From NCBI GenBank assembly GCA_053919585.1, contig CM132796.1: DNA of 64,000 bases, one strand, 5' to 3'. The translations under genes were made by a program, and so were the position numbers. The notes under the pieces were generated by a model, which ran no database searches, had not been told where the DNA came from, and saw only the letters and a program-made list of their open reading frames with translations. The DNA is from Euprymna scolopes (Eukaryota). Of the stretch, positions 12,915 to 24,640 are shown piece after piece. Every line of letters begins with the position of its first letter. Position 1 is the stretch's first letter.

Positions 12915-15370
12915 TAACCCATGATTTGCCCACGCTTTCAGCAAATTCACTTGTTCTTTGCTTAATTTCAGTCTTATTATTTGCCCCCATAAAATAACAT
13001 ACACATATGTAATAACAATATACGGCACTCGTCTGCTTTCAATAAAATCCCCTAATTATCTCATTTGAATGTTTTTATTCTCTCTGTTCCACTTGTTAGT
13101 TCTCTTTTCGCGAGAGCGTTTAATTAGTAGAAACACTGATTACTGAAGCAACGTTGCTCCTATATAAACCAGTCATAAAAACGTCGCTCACCTCCTTACG
13201 ATTTTTTACAAATCATAACTTTTATTTTACGGAACGAAAATTGAGAATTTTTTTTTTCACAGTGGAGCTGGGAAGATGATCTATACACTGTAATAATTCT
13301 TGGAAATTTTATCGCAAGATGAATGAGCGGTGACGCTTTAAAGCAGTTCTCCACGATTAAAACTGTCACTTACCCATATATTTAAACTTGACTGATATTT
13401 ACCCTGGCGGTTTTCTATTTAAGCAATTTGCTAACTTGTGTAATATTTCATTTTCCATACATATTGAATATAAAGGAAATAGTGAAACAACTTAAACTTT
13501 TAAAGGATTTAATTAGCTAGAATTCTATTAGCAATACCCTTTTTTAAATAATAGATGAACACAACTTTTCTGGTTTGTCGACCTTTAAATGGGAGTAAGA
13601 TCTAAATAGAATAGAACAGAGAACGAAGCATGCGTTTTGAGGATATCATGTTACCAGAAAAATGTAACTCATTCACTCAATTAGCTAAGAGGCTTACTTC
13701 TTCGAATGTCTGTGCTTCAACAGAATCAAGAACCGCGTGCTCTATACTTGGGCAGTGGACACGTACAAGTACCTGCTTTTATTCGTACACAGAAGCTCGC
13801 AACTTGCATATTGTCCAAATACCTAAGAATGTGTTTATTTTCTCCTATCCATCAGATAGTGCTGTAAGATCGCGATCAGATTCTGATCAGCAAGGATTTA
13901 ACTACTTAGAATTCTCTCCGATGCTGTCTCCATACCACCGATCCTGCTACGACCAGAATAGTAAGAAACACCATTTGTGGCCAGATGTTTTAAAATACGT
14001 AGAGAACACCTAGTAGAATAAGATGTTCGAGATCGATACGAGCAGCTCCATTACCGAGATTCATCCAGAACTACTGTAGTACGTGGAATTTGAATAAAAA
14101 AGTAGCCGAACGTCTCCGCATCGTACGTGTTATAGAAGAAACAACGGTCTAGAATTAGAAATCTTATTTGTGTAAATGTTTCTTTCCAAAATATGTTGAT
14201 GATGACGAAATGATCGTTTTTTAAATTTATTCAAATATTTTCTTAGACGTATTCAAATGAGTTAATCTCTTAATTATAAAATAATAAACCCTCAGGCAAA
14301 ACTAATGTTTTTTTCCTATAAACCCGCACACCAAACCAACTGTGTGTGCAAATGTGTTCGAGAGACCTGGAAATAATGAATTAATATACATAATGTAGTA
14401 GTCTCCATCACTTCTCTCTTTTAATACATCATTTTAATGCGGCTTTTTATTCCAGTAGCTAATTTCTTAGAACTAGAGGCTTGTTTAACTTTCTTCCTGT
14501 TGATGACATCCCGCTTATAACTTTGGTATTTTCAGAATCATGGCCAATAGGCTTCTTCTGTCTTTGGAGCAATCATCCATCGTTCTTTGTTAGGCTTCTC
14601 ATCAAGTGGCATCATTTCAAAAATAAATTTCAGTAGCTGCCTAAAAACTTCTTTATTTTCATATGGGTCCCCTAAAGATAACCATTTGATTTTAAAGTAA
14701 CAAATCATAAATGATAAGTTGTGGGGTATACTAATCATTTTCTTTCACACATATTAATAACAGGTTGTAAATCTATCGATATTTACATAGACGATAATTG
14801 AGATAACATCAAATTATAGTTGAGTCTTGTAAGACTTGGATAGCAAAAAAATCATGTAATCAATAAATCACATTATAGTTTAGTCTTATTAAAAAAGCTT
14901 ATCTGATCAACACACTTGTAAAGAAATTTCCTTCCAATTAAATTTCCATGAATAGCGTTTCTTTTCAAATCACTTCCAAATCGAGGAAACACATTACCAT
15001 GGAAGTCATCTCCTTCGCATTATGACAGAGCCGTCTCTAATTTCATTATGAACAAATATTACTCATAAGCATTCTCATAAGCACTTACATTTTCTTATTA
15101 AAATCATCTTTTCATATTCTTCATCGTTCAGCTGCTAATTCATACGTCTCATTATATCTTAACATCAATTGGGTTTGCCTTGATAATGAAGACTCATCAT
15201 TGAAAATGAAATAAAATAAATGTTTTTGATAAGAATGGATTTATTCTATCCTAAACTTTAATTAAATAATACACCTGCATTCTTGTAATTCCATATAATG
15301 TTGAATTTAAACAATTGTATTCATTACGCAATTTATATTTTATCAAATAAATACTTTAATATGTACTATA

Positions 15371-16275
15371 ATTGGTACGTCTCAAATTGTCAGCGCTTAA
15401 GTATACGAAATAATTGGTTAATGCTTTAAAATGTTCAAGTAAAGGCTGGAATGTTAAAGTTGTCACGCTAAAGAAAACATTATTTTAAAACTTTTATTGA
15501 GAAAATCAACTCAGGTAACTTTCTTATGTAAAAGAGTTGATATCTATTCAGTGTAGTCGCTTTCAATCCCAATCATCGCCTGAAGACGAGTCAGCAACTG
15601 GGAGCACGCCGATTCCATGAGCGCCGGAGGGAGGTCGGTGAATACTCGTCGGATGGCAGCGATCAGTGGAAGGTCATATTGTTGATGTTCTCGATGTACA
15701 ACTAAAGAAATAGTCGAGAGAATTCAGGTCGGGGTGGGGGCTAGTTAGAGAAGGGTAGAAAGTCTGAAAACAAGCTTGGGATTATTTAGATGTGGGTCGG
15801 CGCTGAGTCCTGTTGCCATACCCAGGATCTGCCAGCCGCCACCTGATTACACCAGGCGATCACCACACTTTTCATCACATCCAGGTACACTTTAGTGTTG
15901 ACTTTCAAGCTGACTTCGAAAGATGTGAGGTGGTATAATGTGATCCTCATTTGAATCCATATGAACACCCTGGCTGGAAACTTTGTTTTCATCATCCTGA
16001 ATCGGTTCCTGTTATTTTTGGCAACCCATCGATGCATTTCGTGGGTGATGGCAATAGTCATTTTGTCGTAACATAGATCGGTAGAGAGCATGAGTTTTAC
16101 AATGTTTCATTTCCGATCTTGCTCGCGTAACATTTTCTCACTTTCAGCCATGATAGCAAGCTCCTATCGTTCTTGGAAATTGTACACACTTGACCATCTG
16201 GTAGATGGTCTACAACAGAAATAGAAAACCGTTTTTCATCAGATTCTAAGGCGACAATTTCATTGACGAACCGTG
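15371..16275 (-). mobile_element. Internally deleted mariner-type (maT-like, DDxD) transposon relic
   Basis: Minus-strand WVWQQDSAPTH and frameshifted PDLNSLDYF. Imperfect TIRs (cacggttcgtcaatgaaattgtc vs attggtacgtctcaaattgtc), each flanked by TA. Confidence 0.75.
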
Positions 16276-18559
16276 TATTGAGAGAAACACCCTTCTCTCC
16301 CTTAAAGTATATTTCTGATAGAAGAGACGACGCTTGTTATTCACTATTATCTTTTATTATTCTATGATCCGTCGGTCTCAGAGCTCCCATATCTCCGCTC
16401 TCACCGTTAAAACAACCACAGCTACTAGAGAACTGCGAAGAACTTTCCTTTCATCCACTGTTTTCCAAAAGCGGAACTTAACCAACATATATACATTTTG
16501 ATAATGTCCCTGTGTAGAACATGTTCCATGAGTCTGCTTCCCTATGAACTACATGGCAGTTTTAAGTCCAATAAAAATAAATAAATTAACTAAAATAACT
16601 ATTGACTAATCAAAATTTGGCAGTTTAGTCCATCGTTTTCAAATCAACTCATAGTAGTGTCCCATCATCCAGTTTGCAATCTCAGTAACTACTATCGTCA
16701 GGTAGGTATTAACTTTAGTAAGGGGTGACGCATTTGTATATAATAAAGTAGCGTCTTATAGTAATATATTAATTTACGGAGGGTATTTTCACACTAACAC
16801 AAGAATATTTCGAATATAAAAAAGCAATAAACAATAGTAATAAAATACCACGGCTTTCAGTTTAAAACGTGTCGGGTGTCATTCAACCACAACCTAAATG
16901 CATGTCTTACATAATGTGATATAAAACATCATTTGTTTTTGCTTTTAATTAAAAGAATATTTTAGATTATGTTTAGATTTGATATGTTCGTTTTTATTGT
17001 CTAATTTCGCAATTTAAAAGAACTGAATTTACTGCATTTTGCATTAGAAGTTTGCAAATATTCTTGCATGACAACAAGCGGGGGCTATTTATCTCCTTCT
17101 TACGGCATGATGTGATAAAAATGTCGGAAAGTGAGAATGAAGAATTGCAACGACGCCGTCACAGACAAACAAAGGAAAGAAGAAATAAAAATCCGGGTCG
17201 GCATTGTTTCTTTTTTAACAAAAGTTTTATTGTCGATACGCTCCCGTTTCGACACCACTAAAAAGTATCTCACTTCTTTGACCGCATGCTCGGCACAGCC
17301 GGCCAATTTTGTCCTCGATTTTACACGTCCATTTACTTTGATACGTACTTTGCTTTTCCGACCACGTGTTACATCATTTCTCCTATTTATGTGCCTTTTT
17401 ATTCCCGCGCAAACTTCCTAATTTATATGTACGCTTTTTTCGGCAACTGCTTCTGCTAATCATTTCGCAAGCCAGAAATCATTCGCTGTTGTTGATATTT
17501 TCCCATGCGCTCATATATACTATGTTCCAAAAATAGCAGTCTAAGAAAAGAGGGAACTGGTTTTCAAAGAAATCGGAACGATCAAACGTTAGGAGCACTC
17601 CATGCGATTAGCAATAAACTAACCCCTCCTTAAAGGGAAACGGCACAGCCTGGGATGTTAACCGCTTAAAACTCCAAATAACAAGAAATATATCGACACA
17701 AATGTTCTAGAATTTATTGTCTTTTGTACTGAGATTAAAATGACTGGCAACATAAAGGCAAATGAGTTTCTGTTGTTGGTGTGACAGCCATTCTTTTTAT
17801 AGTCCTACATTCAACACTTACTGGCATTAGTAGCAAAAGCAGAATAACATCTAAAAAAAAGGGTCATGATATTCGTGGTAGCAACATACTAGCAGTTTTA
17901 ATATGTCTAGCTAAAGATTAATGTTCTTCTGGAGGAAGAGAGTCTGTATTTAAAGGTTATCGGAGGTCAGCTGCGTATATTTAAAAGCTATTTGACATTT
18001 TCAAATAACTTACCATAATATACGGATGTATGTTTTCAGCTTTTCCTTTAAATAACAAATAATGATTTTTTTTTTGTGCCTGCAACATTTTAAGTAAAGT
18101 GCAACTCTTAAATAGTAAGGAAAGGAAATGATATACGTTAACTTAGTGTTGCCCGGAGTAACGTGTTTATCTAATAATGCGTAGAGAAAGTTTTCGTTCT
18201 TCATAGATTGTTTAGATAACGAATATAATTGAATGGTTTTAGCAACTAAATACGTAAAAATGGAGACAATAAGTAACAGGATTGACTAAGATTTTATTCG
18301 ATTGTTACTTTGTTACAGATATTGTGGGAGGAAAAATAAATTTTAAAAGAGTACGAGTTAGGAAATATATATCCCGCATATAAATATACAGGAGAGTGTT
18401 TTGGACTGGTGGATATATCAGTTTATATCACCCAGTCGTACAAAATAGGAAAAAGGAATTGTTTTGAGGAAGGAACGAACGACGCGTTACATTGAAATAA
18501 ACGAACTAGGATGTATTTCGTGAGGAAACGAATGAAAAAAAGGGTACAGCACGTGTTCA

Positions 18560-18608
18560 GTTTGGCGTGCGTCTCTCGTTGTTAACTGGTGAGAAGGAAA
18601 GTCTGTTG

Positions 18609-18649
<41 letters not shown>

Positions 18650-19420
18650 GAAAGTCAATCCAATTTTGCGTGTGTCTCTCGCTGTTAGCTGGTGAAAGGG
18701 AAAGTCTATTGTTGTTAAGAGAGAGAGAGAGGGAGTGAGTGAGAAAACGTCAATCCAGGTCATGGAGATAGAAAGCGTGTAAGGTGTACGTACTGTCTGT
18801 TGACTCTTGCCCCACACATAGTAGCAGTGATATGAGGCGGGCGGGCGCGCGTGCCCCGAAAGGGATCGGATGGTCCGTCGCCGCTCAGCTCGGAGCTGAG
18901 TCGAAAAGGAAGAAAACAGCTCAGGTATCTTGCTTTTATAGTTGTTCCCGGCGGTCTTTTGCGCATGTATTGATTTCCTTCAAAGGGAAAGTGACGTTGC
19001 CCATGTGTGCGTACGTGTGCGTACATGTGTGTACGTTAGCGTGTGTGTGTGTATGCCCGTGAATGTGAGTGTATGTACGCGAACGTGAATATATCTACGT
19101 GTGCGTACGTGCGCGCGTATGTTTGTATGCGCGTATGTGTATGACAAGAAAAATGGCTTGAGGTGTGAACGCGTGTTTTTGTGCGACACTAGAAGGGCTC
19201 GTACAAGAGAGAGGAAGACAACAAGGGATGCATTTGTATTTCTCACGTATAAAATATACACGATTTTCAAGAGAATGCTTTCTTATGTAGCGTGCTTTTA
19301 TAAGCGATGGAATACAAAAGTTTTCACGTCAAGTTGAATATCATCTGCCTTGTCGCCATCGCTCGTGGCGCTCCGCCCACAGTTTCTGTTCTCTTGGGGG
19401 AGGGGGTTATCCGTTTTTTC
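18560..19420. promoter_or_regulatory. CpG/GC-rich promoter-like island with GA repeats
   Basis: CpG-dense non-TE stretch (ggcgggcgggcgcgcgtgcc; gtcgccatcgctcgtggcgctccgccc) with GC boxes and a tandemly duplicated (GA)n-containing unit. No transcript evidence. Confidence 0.4.
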
Positions 19421-19779
19421 CTCTAATTATGACGAGTTTAATACGAAATTATCTAAACGGAAATTCAACGAAGATTTATGGTTACTTATCAAAAATAGAT
19501 TTGTTCCGGACAACATCAACCTTGATAAACACATCTTTTACATTTCTTACGTGTCCATTCTTCTTCTGAGAAACTTGTTCTCTCGAAAGGTTTACATTTT
19601 TATGTTTATCCTAAACACATCAGTGATATTGAGGTTTTCACTGAATTTGAAATCTTTTGTTTTCAGTTTACATATCATGCACCCACTGGCCTCTGATACT
19701 TTTTCAGCTATGAAAGTCAATTAGTCTTGTATTGCATACTCTTATTGCAATTCTTCGATTGACTTCAGTATTTTTTTCT

Positions 19780-20110
19780 GAAAAAATTATGTTTTTGTAC
19801 TGTACTAAACCTTAAGAAAAAAAAAAGATATTTAGAAGTATTTGACCATCCCAGTTTCTTACATCACGCTCTATCTTTCACTATTGAGATTGAAAAGGAT
19901 AGTTCTCTAGCGTTCCTCGATGCTTTGGTCAAAAGGTACAGAGGCGGTTTTTTTTGTTTTGTTTTTTTTACTTCTATATACAGAAAACCAACCTTTACAG
20001 GTTTATATACTAAATGGTGTTTATTTACACCGAAAACTACCACGTTGACGGTGATTCGAACGTTAGTACACAGGACTTTGGTTATTTGTACACCGTTTCG
20101 ACTAGAACAA
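19780..20110 (+). mobile_element. Penelope-like element RT fragment
   Basis: Translation LSFTIEIEKDSSLAFLDALV..TSIYRKPTFTGLY..IRTLVHR is typical of the PLE RT C-terminal/thumb region. Confidence 0.8.
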
Positions 20111-20112
20111 TC

Positions 20113-20500
20113 AATCCATCAAAAGGAAATAAAGTGCGTTTCGACATGACTAAAATCGGAAAATTGGAAGAGAAGTTGTAAATTCTTTATATGTTTCCAT
20201 TATGCCATTTTGAATTTAGACATGAAATCACTTGACCCATCTATTCGTACTAGCAAGTACTATTAATTTAAGAATACTCTGCCAAAAATGTTTTATTTAA
20301 TAACTAGTAAATTTATTAATTTTAATTAATGTATCCATGGCAGAATGTTTCTACATTAATAGAATTTGTTGGTTTACATAAGTGGGTCTAGTGACGTTTT
20401 TTCGAAATTCAAAATTGCATAATGAAGACATATAAGCTGTTTCCAGCTTCCCTTCAAAATTTCAGATTTTAATCATGTCAAAACGCATTTAATTTACTAG
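20113..20500. mobile_element. Foldback MITE interrupting the Penelope fragment
   Basis: tgcgtttcgacatgactaaaatc / gattttaatcatgtcaaaacgca and further paired arms. A half copy lies at ~32990-33180. Confidence 0.65.
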
Positions 20501-21113
20501 TGTTTCCGTTGTGGAAGGATCTACCTAAATAGAATAACTTGAGTACCAACCATATAAATATGATTGGCACTATAAAGAAAGGAGAGACCCAAAGAGAGAG
20601 AGAAAATGAGATCGAGAGTCGACGACTACCCAGCCGACACCTTCTCCAGATACGGTATCCTCAGGACTAAAAAAATGGACTCTATGTAAACATTGTATAT
20701 ACTTTCTTGCTCTCAATATATCTGTTCTATTTTACTGTTGTGTTGTAGTTATTTATTTTCATGTGTTCAGTCGTGCTTCAACAGTTTCATCCTTCCAGAA
20801 ATCATCAGTGCAGTGTATCAAGACTCCCACCGGTGGGAACATTCGGACCCGTCCACGAAGCCAATTTTGACTCTATTAGCAATGAAAAAATCCACACGGC
20901 CACTATTAACCACGAGAAATACAGTTGAAATTTAATCGTTTATTTTTTATCATTTATTTTTTAAATGTCAAGATCTCTTGATTATGATATGCACCATGAT
21001 ATGCACGTGTAAGCTTAAGTAACTTGCTCAGCAATACAATCCCAGCTCGTAAAAGGATGGCATAATTATTATAATACTTATTTTTTAGTAATATATATTA
21101 TTTTCTTAAGATA

Positions 21114-21353
21114 CAGGGTGATCGTTAGAAAAGCGGGAAATTTTTCAAACAAAGATTATTTTTACATATTTTTCACAGAAAAATGATATATTATACTCAT
21201 AGATGCTCAAAATTTCGTCCGTGCACTTCACTGCAGCGTCTTAACCTTAAAATTAAAGCTCGTGCGCCGTTTTGAAGGGTAAAAAATAGCAATCACACAT
21301 TTTATACATGATCTAAGCTGACTTTCAAATTTTCCGCTTTTCTAGCGACTACC

Positions 21354-21356
<3 letters not shown>
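21114..21356. mobile_element. Tc1/mariner-type MITE
   Basis: TA-flanked TIRs cagggtgatcgttagaaaagcgggaaattt / aaattttccgcttttctagcgactacccca. Confidence 0.65.
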
Positions 21357-21429
<73 letters not shown>

Positions 21430-21885
21430 TTATCATTCCACAACCAGAAAAAATATTTTTTCACACTTATATTATGTTATACATATCCAGACATAATTTA
21501 AAAAAAGCGGGTATTACTTTTGAAAATCCCTTTCTATTTATAAAATAACGAAAATCAAACAACCATAAAAACCTAAGATAGGGAAGTAGCGACGATAAGG
21601 GTATATAATATTACTTCAGATCAAAGCGAAAACGTAGGCAAATAATCAACCGCAAAGTAAAAAGAATACAAACACCTCCCCACTGCTGCAGCTTATCCTT
21701 ACGAAAGCATCCTTCCCCCTTATCCTTCACCCCTACCATCTTTCTTTCATCAAACCTCCCTCCAAAACTCATACTTCTGCTCTCATTCACAAAGTATACA
21801 CCTCACTTTCTTCCAGAATATAATGCGCGCCAAACCAGCTTATAAAACTAATGTAGTTTTGACTCCTGTTTCAATAATGATACTA

Positions 21886-21956
21886 TATTGGTCTGATGAA
21901 ATGTTATCCTTGAATTGAGATTCCACTGAAATATGTATGCATATGTGCAACCAATA
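21886..21956 (+). ncRNA. Decayed type I hammerhead motif (family C)
   Basis: Perfect stem I TATTGGT/ACCAATA brackets CTGATGA, a mismatched stem II, GAAA and a quasi-palindromic stem III. The cleavage triplet is mutated to GCA. Confidence 0.5.
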
Positions 21957-22448
21957 ATGTTTGTATAATAAACAGGTTATATATATATGTATATATATAT
22001 ATGTATATATATGTGTGTGTGTGTGTATATATGTATTTTGTATGCATCTGTGCCCCAATATACGTATATTATACGGCCTAATCACGTTGACTGACCGGTT
22101 CCTGTCAGGACAACGAAGTTATGCAAAGTTGAGCATGGCTAGTGCAAGCTGGGAATTCTAGGCGCTGTCTTTGCTATCCACCTTCCTCGCAATTGTTTTC
22201 CGTCGTCCTGAACCTCAACTTTCTGTTGGTATTTAACAACGTTGACTCAGGAGAGTTGTAGGTAGAGATTGGGCAACACTTGTCACAAAAATTCCAGGTG
22301 CATACACACTTACAGTGTGACAAGACTGAAGGAAACTAACTATATATATATATATATATATATGCATATATATATATATGTGTGTATGAGTGTGTGTGTT
22401 CCTATATATGTATATGTGTATATAAATATTTATATACATCTAATTTTT

Positions 22449-22528
<80 letters not shown>

Positions 22529-22700
22529 CTACTTAATTTACTCACATACATTTATATCGGAAATTATAGATGCATGCGTAAACTTTAAGTATTTACTTCA
22601 AAAGTGCTCAATACGTAGGTAGAGCTAGCTAGTAAGTTATAAAATGTACATGGCGATTAAGCTACACTGAATACTCCGCGTTTAATCAGGCTTATGAGCA

Positions 22701-22753
22701 TAAGCCTGAAGAATCCTAGAATGGATGAAACGCGGAATATTCGGTGTAGCTTA
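22701..22753 (+). ncRNA. Type I hammerhead ribozyme motif (family A), core intact, within a hairpin element 22560-22810
   Basis: TAAGC-CTGAAGA-ATCC(tagaat)GGAT-GAAA-CGC(ggaatattcg)GT-GTA-GCTTA. Predicted cleavage after 22748. An inverted copy lacking stem II lies directly upstream (~22658-22695). Confidence 0.8.
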
Positions 22754-22807
22754 ACCGCCATGTACATTTTATAAATTGCTTAACCGCCATGTACATTTTA
22801 TAAATTG

Positions 22808-22866
<59 letters not shown>

Positions 22867-22867
<1 letters not shown>

Positions 22868-24600
22868 TAGCATTTCAGCTCGGCGTTGCCCGGGTGTTTG
22901 GATGTGTATGTTGACAAAAAAAAATGGTAGTAAAAAGGCAGGTTAGAACACGTATTGCGAAGGAGGAAAAGAATGGGGGGGGGAACATGACGACTTTACT
23001 GTTACGACCACTTCCAAATCGGAAGTGACTTATTTTTATATTAAGGCTAGACAATCGAAAGGAGAGGATGACTTTCAAAAATATCCGCGAAAAAGCGAAC
23101 ACACCCCCTGTAGAAAAGTTCATAGTTGAAGGTGAACATCTTAATATTTTTAGCCAATTTTTCGATATTTGTCGTCTGAAAGTCGAACTTCACAAACGAT
23201 GCTGATCTTGGTAAAATCTGTAGCCTCTGCTGAAAGTTTTAGGCGGACATGCAAACATACATACATACATACATACATTTATATATTGGTAACTAAAAAT
23301 TTTCGGCCCAAACCAATTTAAAAGCTTGGTATATCTCTGAATACCCTTTATGTAAAATTTCAAATGGTTAGACCAGAAATGAGTAATTTGCTGGAGACCG
23401 AAGTGGTCAATTTTTTTTTTAACTTTTACCCTATTATGACGCCTTAACATCTAATCTTTTAAGCTCAAATCAAGTTAACATCTAATGTTTTAAGCTCAAA
23501 TTAAGTTATTAAGTCAGATCCATGTGCAAGGAACTTATATATAAAATTTCAAGTGCGTAGACCTGAAATAGTCGTACGAGTTTGGGAGAGTTCTCAAAGG
23601 TTAAATCGCTCTACTTTGACCCCTTAACAGCCATATTTCTGGCCAAAAACCGATCAGATAGATTTTCCCACATCTCAGTATCCTGTAATAAAATTTCGAG
23701 TCTATAAACTGAAAATTAACAGAGTTATTGCTTAGGGAAATGAACACACACAGACACATAGAGGCACAGATACACAGACACACAGATACACACACAGATA
23801 CACAGACACGTCCACTTTTATAGATATACTTGCATGGGTGACAGGCGTTGCCCGGGTGTTTGGAGGTATATTTTATTTTTTTTTTAAATTGACCCCTATT
23901 ATGACTCCTTAACATTTATTTTGCGCTCAAATCAACTTATTAAGTTAGATCCATGTCCAAGGTACCTATATCTAAAATTTCAAGTGTTTAGAAACAAAAT
24001 TATCGGAGGTCAAATTGTTGAACTTTGACTCCTTAACAGTGAAATTGACACTTTTTCGATATTTTCGTATGTAAGGTCGAACTTTAAAACGATATTGATC
24101 TTGGTAAAATCCGGCGCCTGTGTCGAAAGTTTTAGGCATACATGCAAACATACATACATACATGCATGTATATATTGATAACTGCACATATTCGATCCAA
24201 ACCGATGAAAAAGCTTCTGAATACCCTTTATGTAAAATTTCAAATATTTATACCAGAAATTGTCTGATTAATTTGTTAGAGACCGCAGAGGTTCAATATT
24301 TTTTATATTGACCCCTAATATGACCCCTTTCAATTTTTTTTGGTTTGGGCTCAAATAAAGTTATTAAGTTAGATCCGTGTCCAATGAATCTATATCCAAA
24401 AATTTTAAGTGTTTAGACCTAAAATTGTCGGAGAAGTTTGGTAGAGTTCTCAGAGGTCAAATCCTTGAGCTTTGACCAGTTAACAGCCAAATTTCTGTCC
24501 GAGAACCAATCACATAGATTTACCCAAATCTCAGTACCCTGTATATCAAATTTCAAGTCTGTAGACTAAAAATTGACAGAGTTATTGCGTAGGGAAATCT

Positions 24601-24640
<40 letters not shown>

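Noticed and set aside
13630-14013. 127-aa ORF and a possible 75-nt minus-strand exon (VLVRVHCPSIEHAVLDSVEAQTFEE)
   Set aside because: No recognisable family, and the acceptor lacks a pyrimidine tract.
17615-17630. CTAACCC resembling a telomerase RNA template
   Set aside because: Too short, with no pseudoknot or H/ACA context evident.
18835-18902. Resemblance to the SRP RNA Alu domain
   Set aside because: Only short GC-rich words match; spacing is wrong and there is no S domain.
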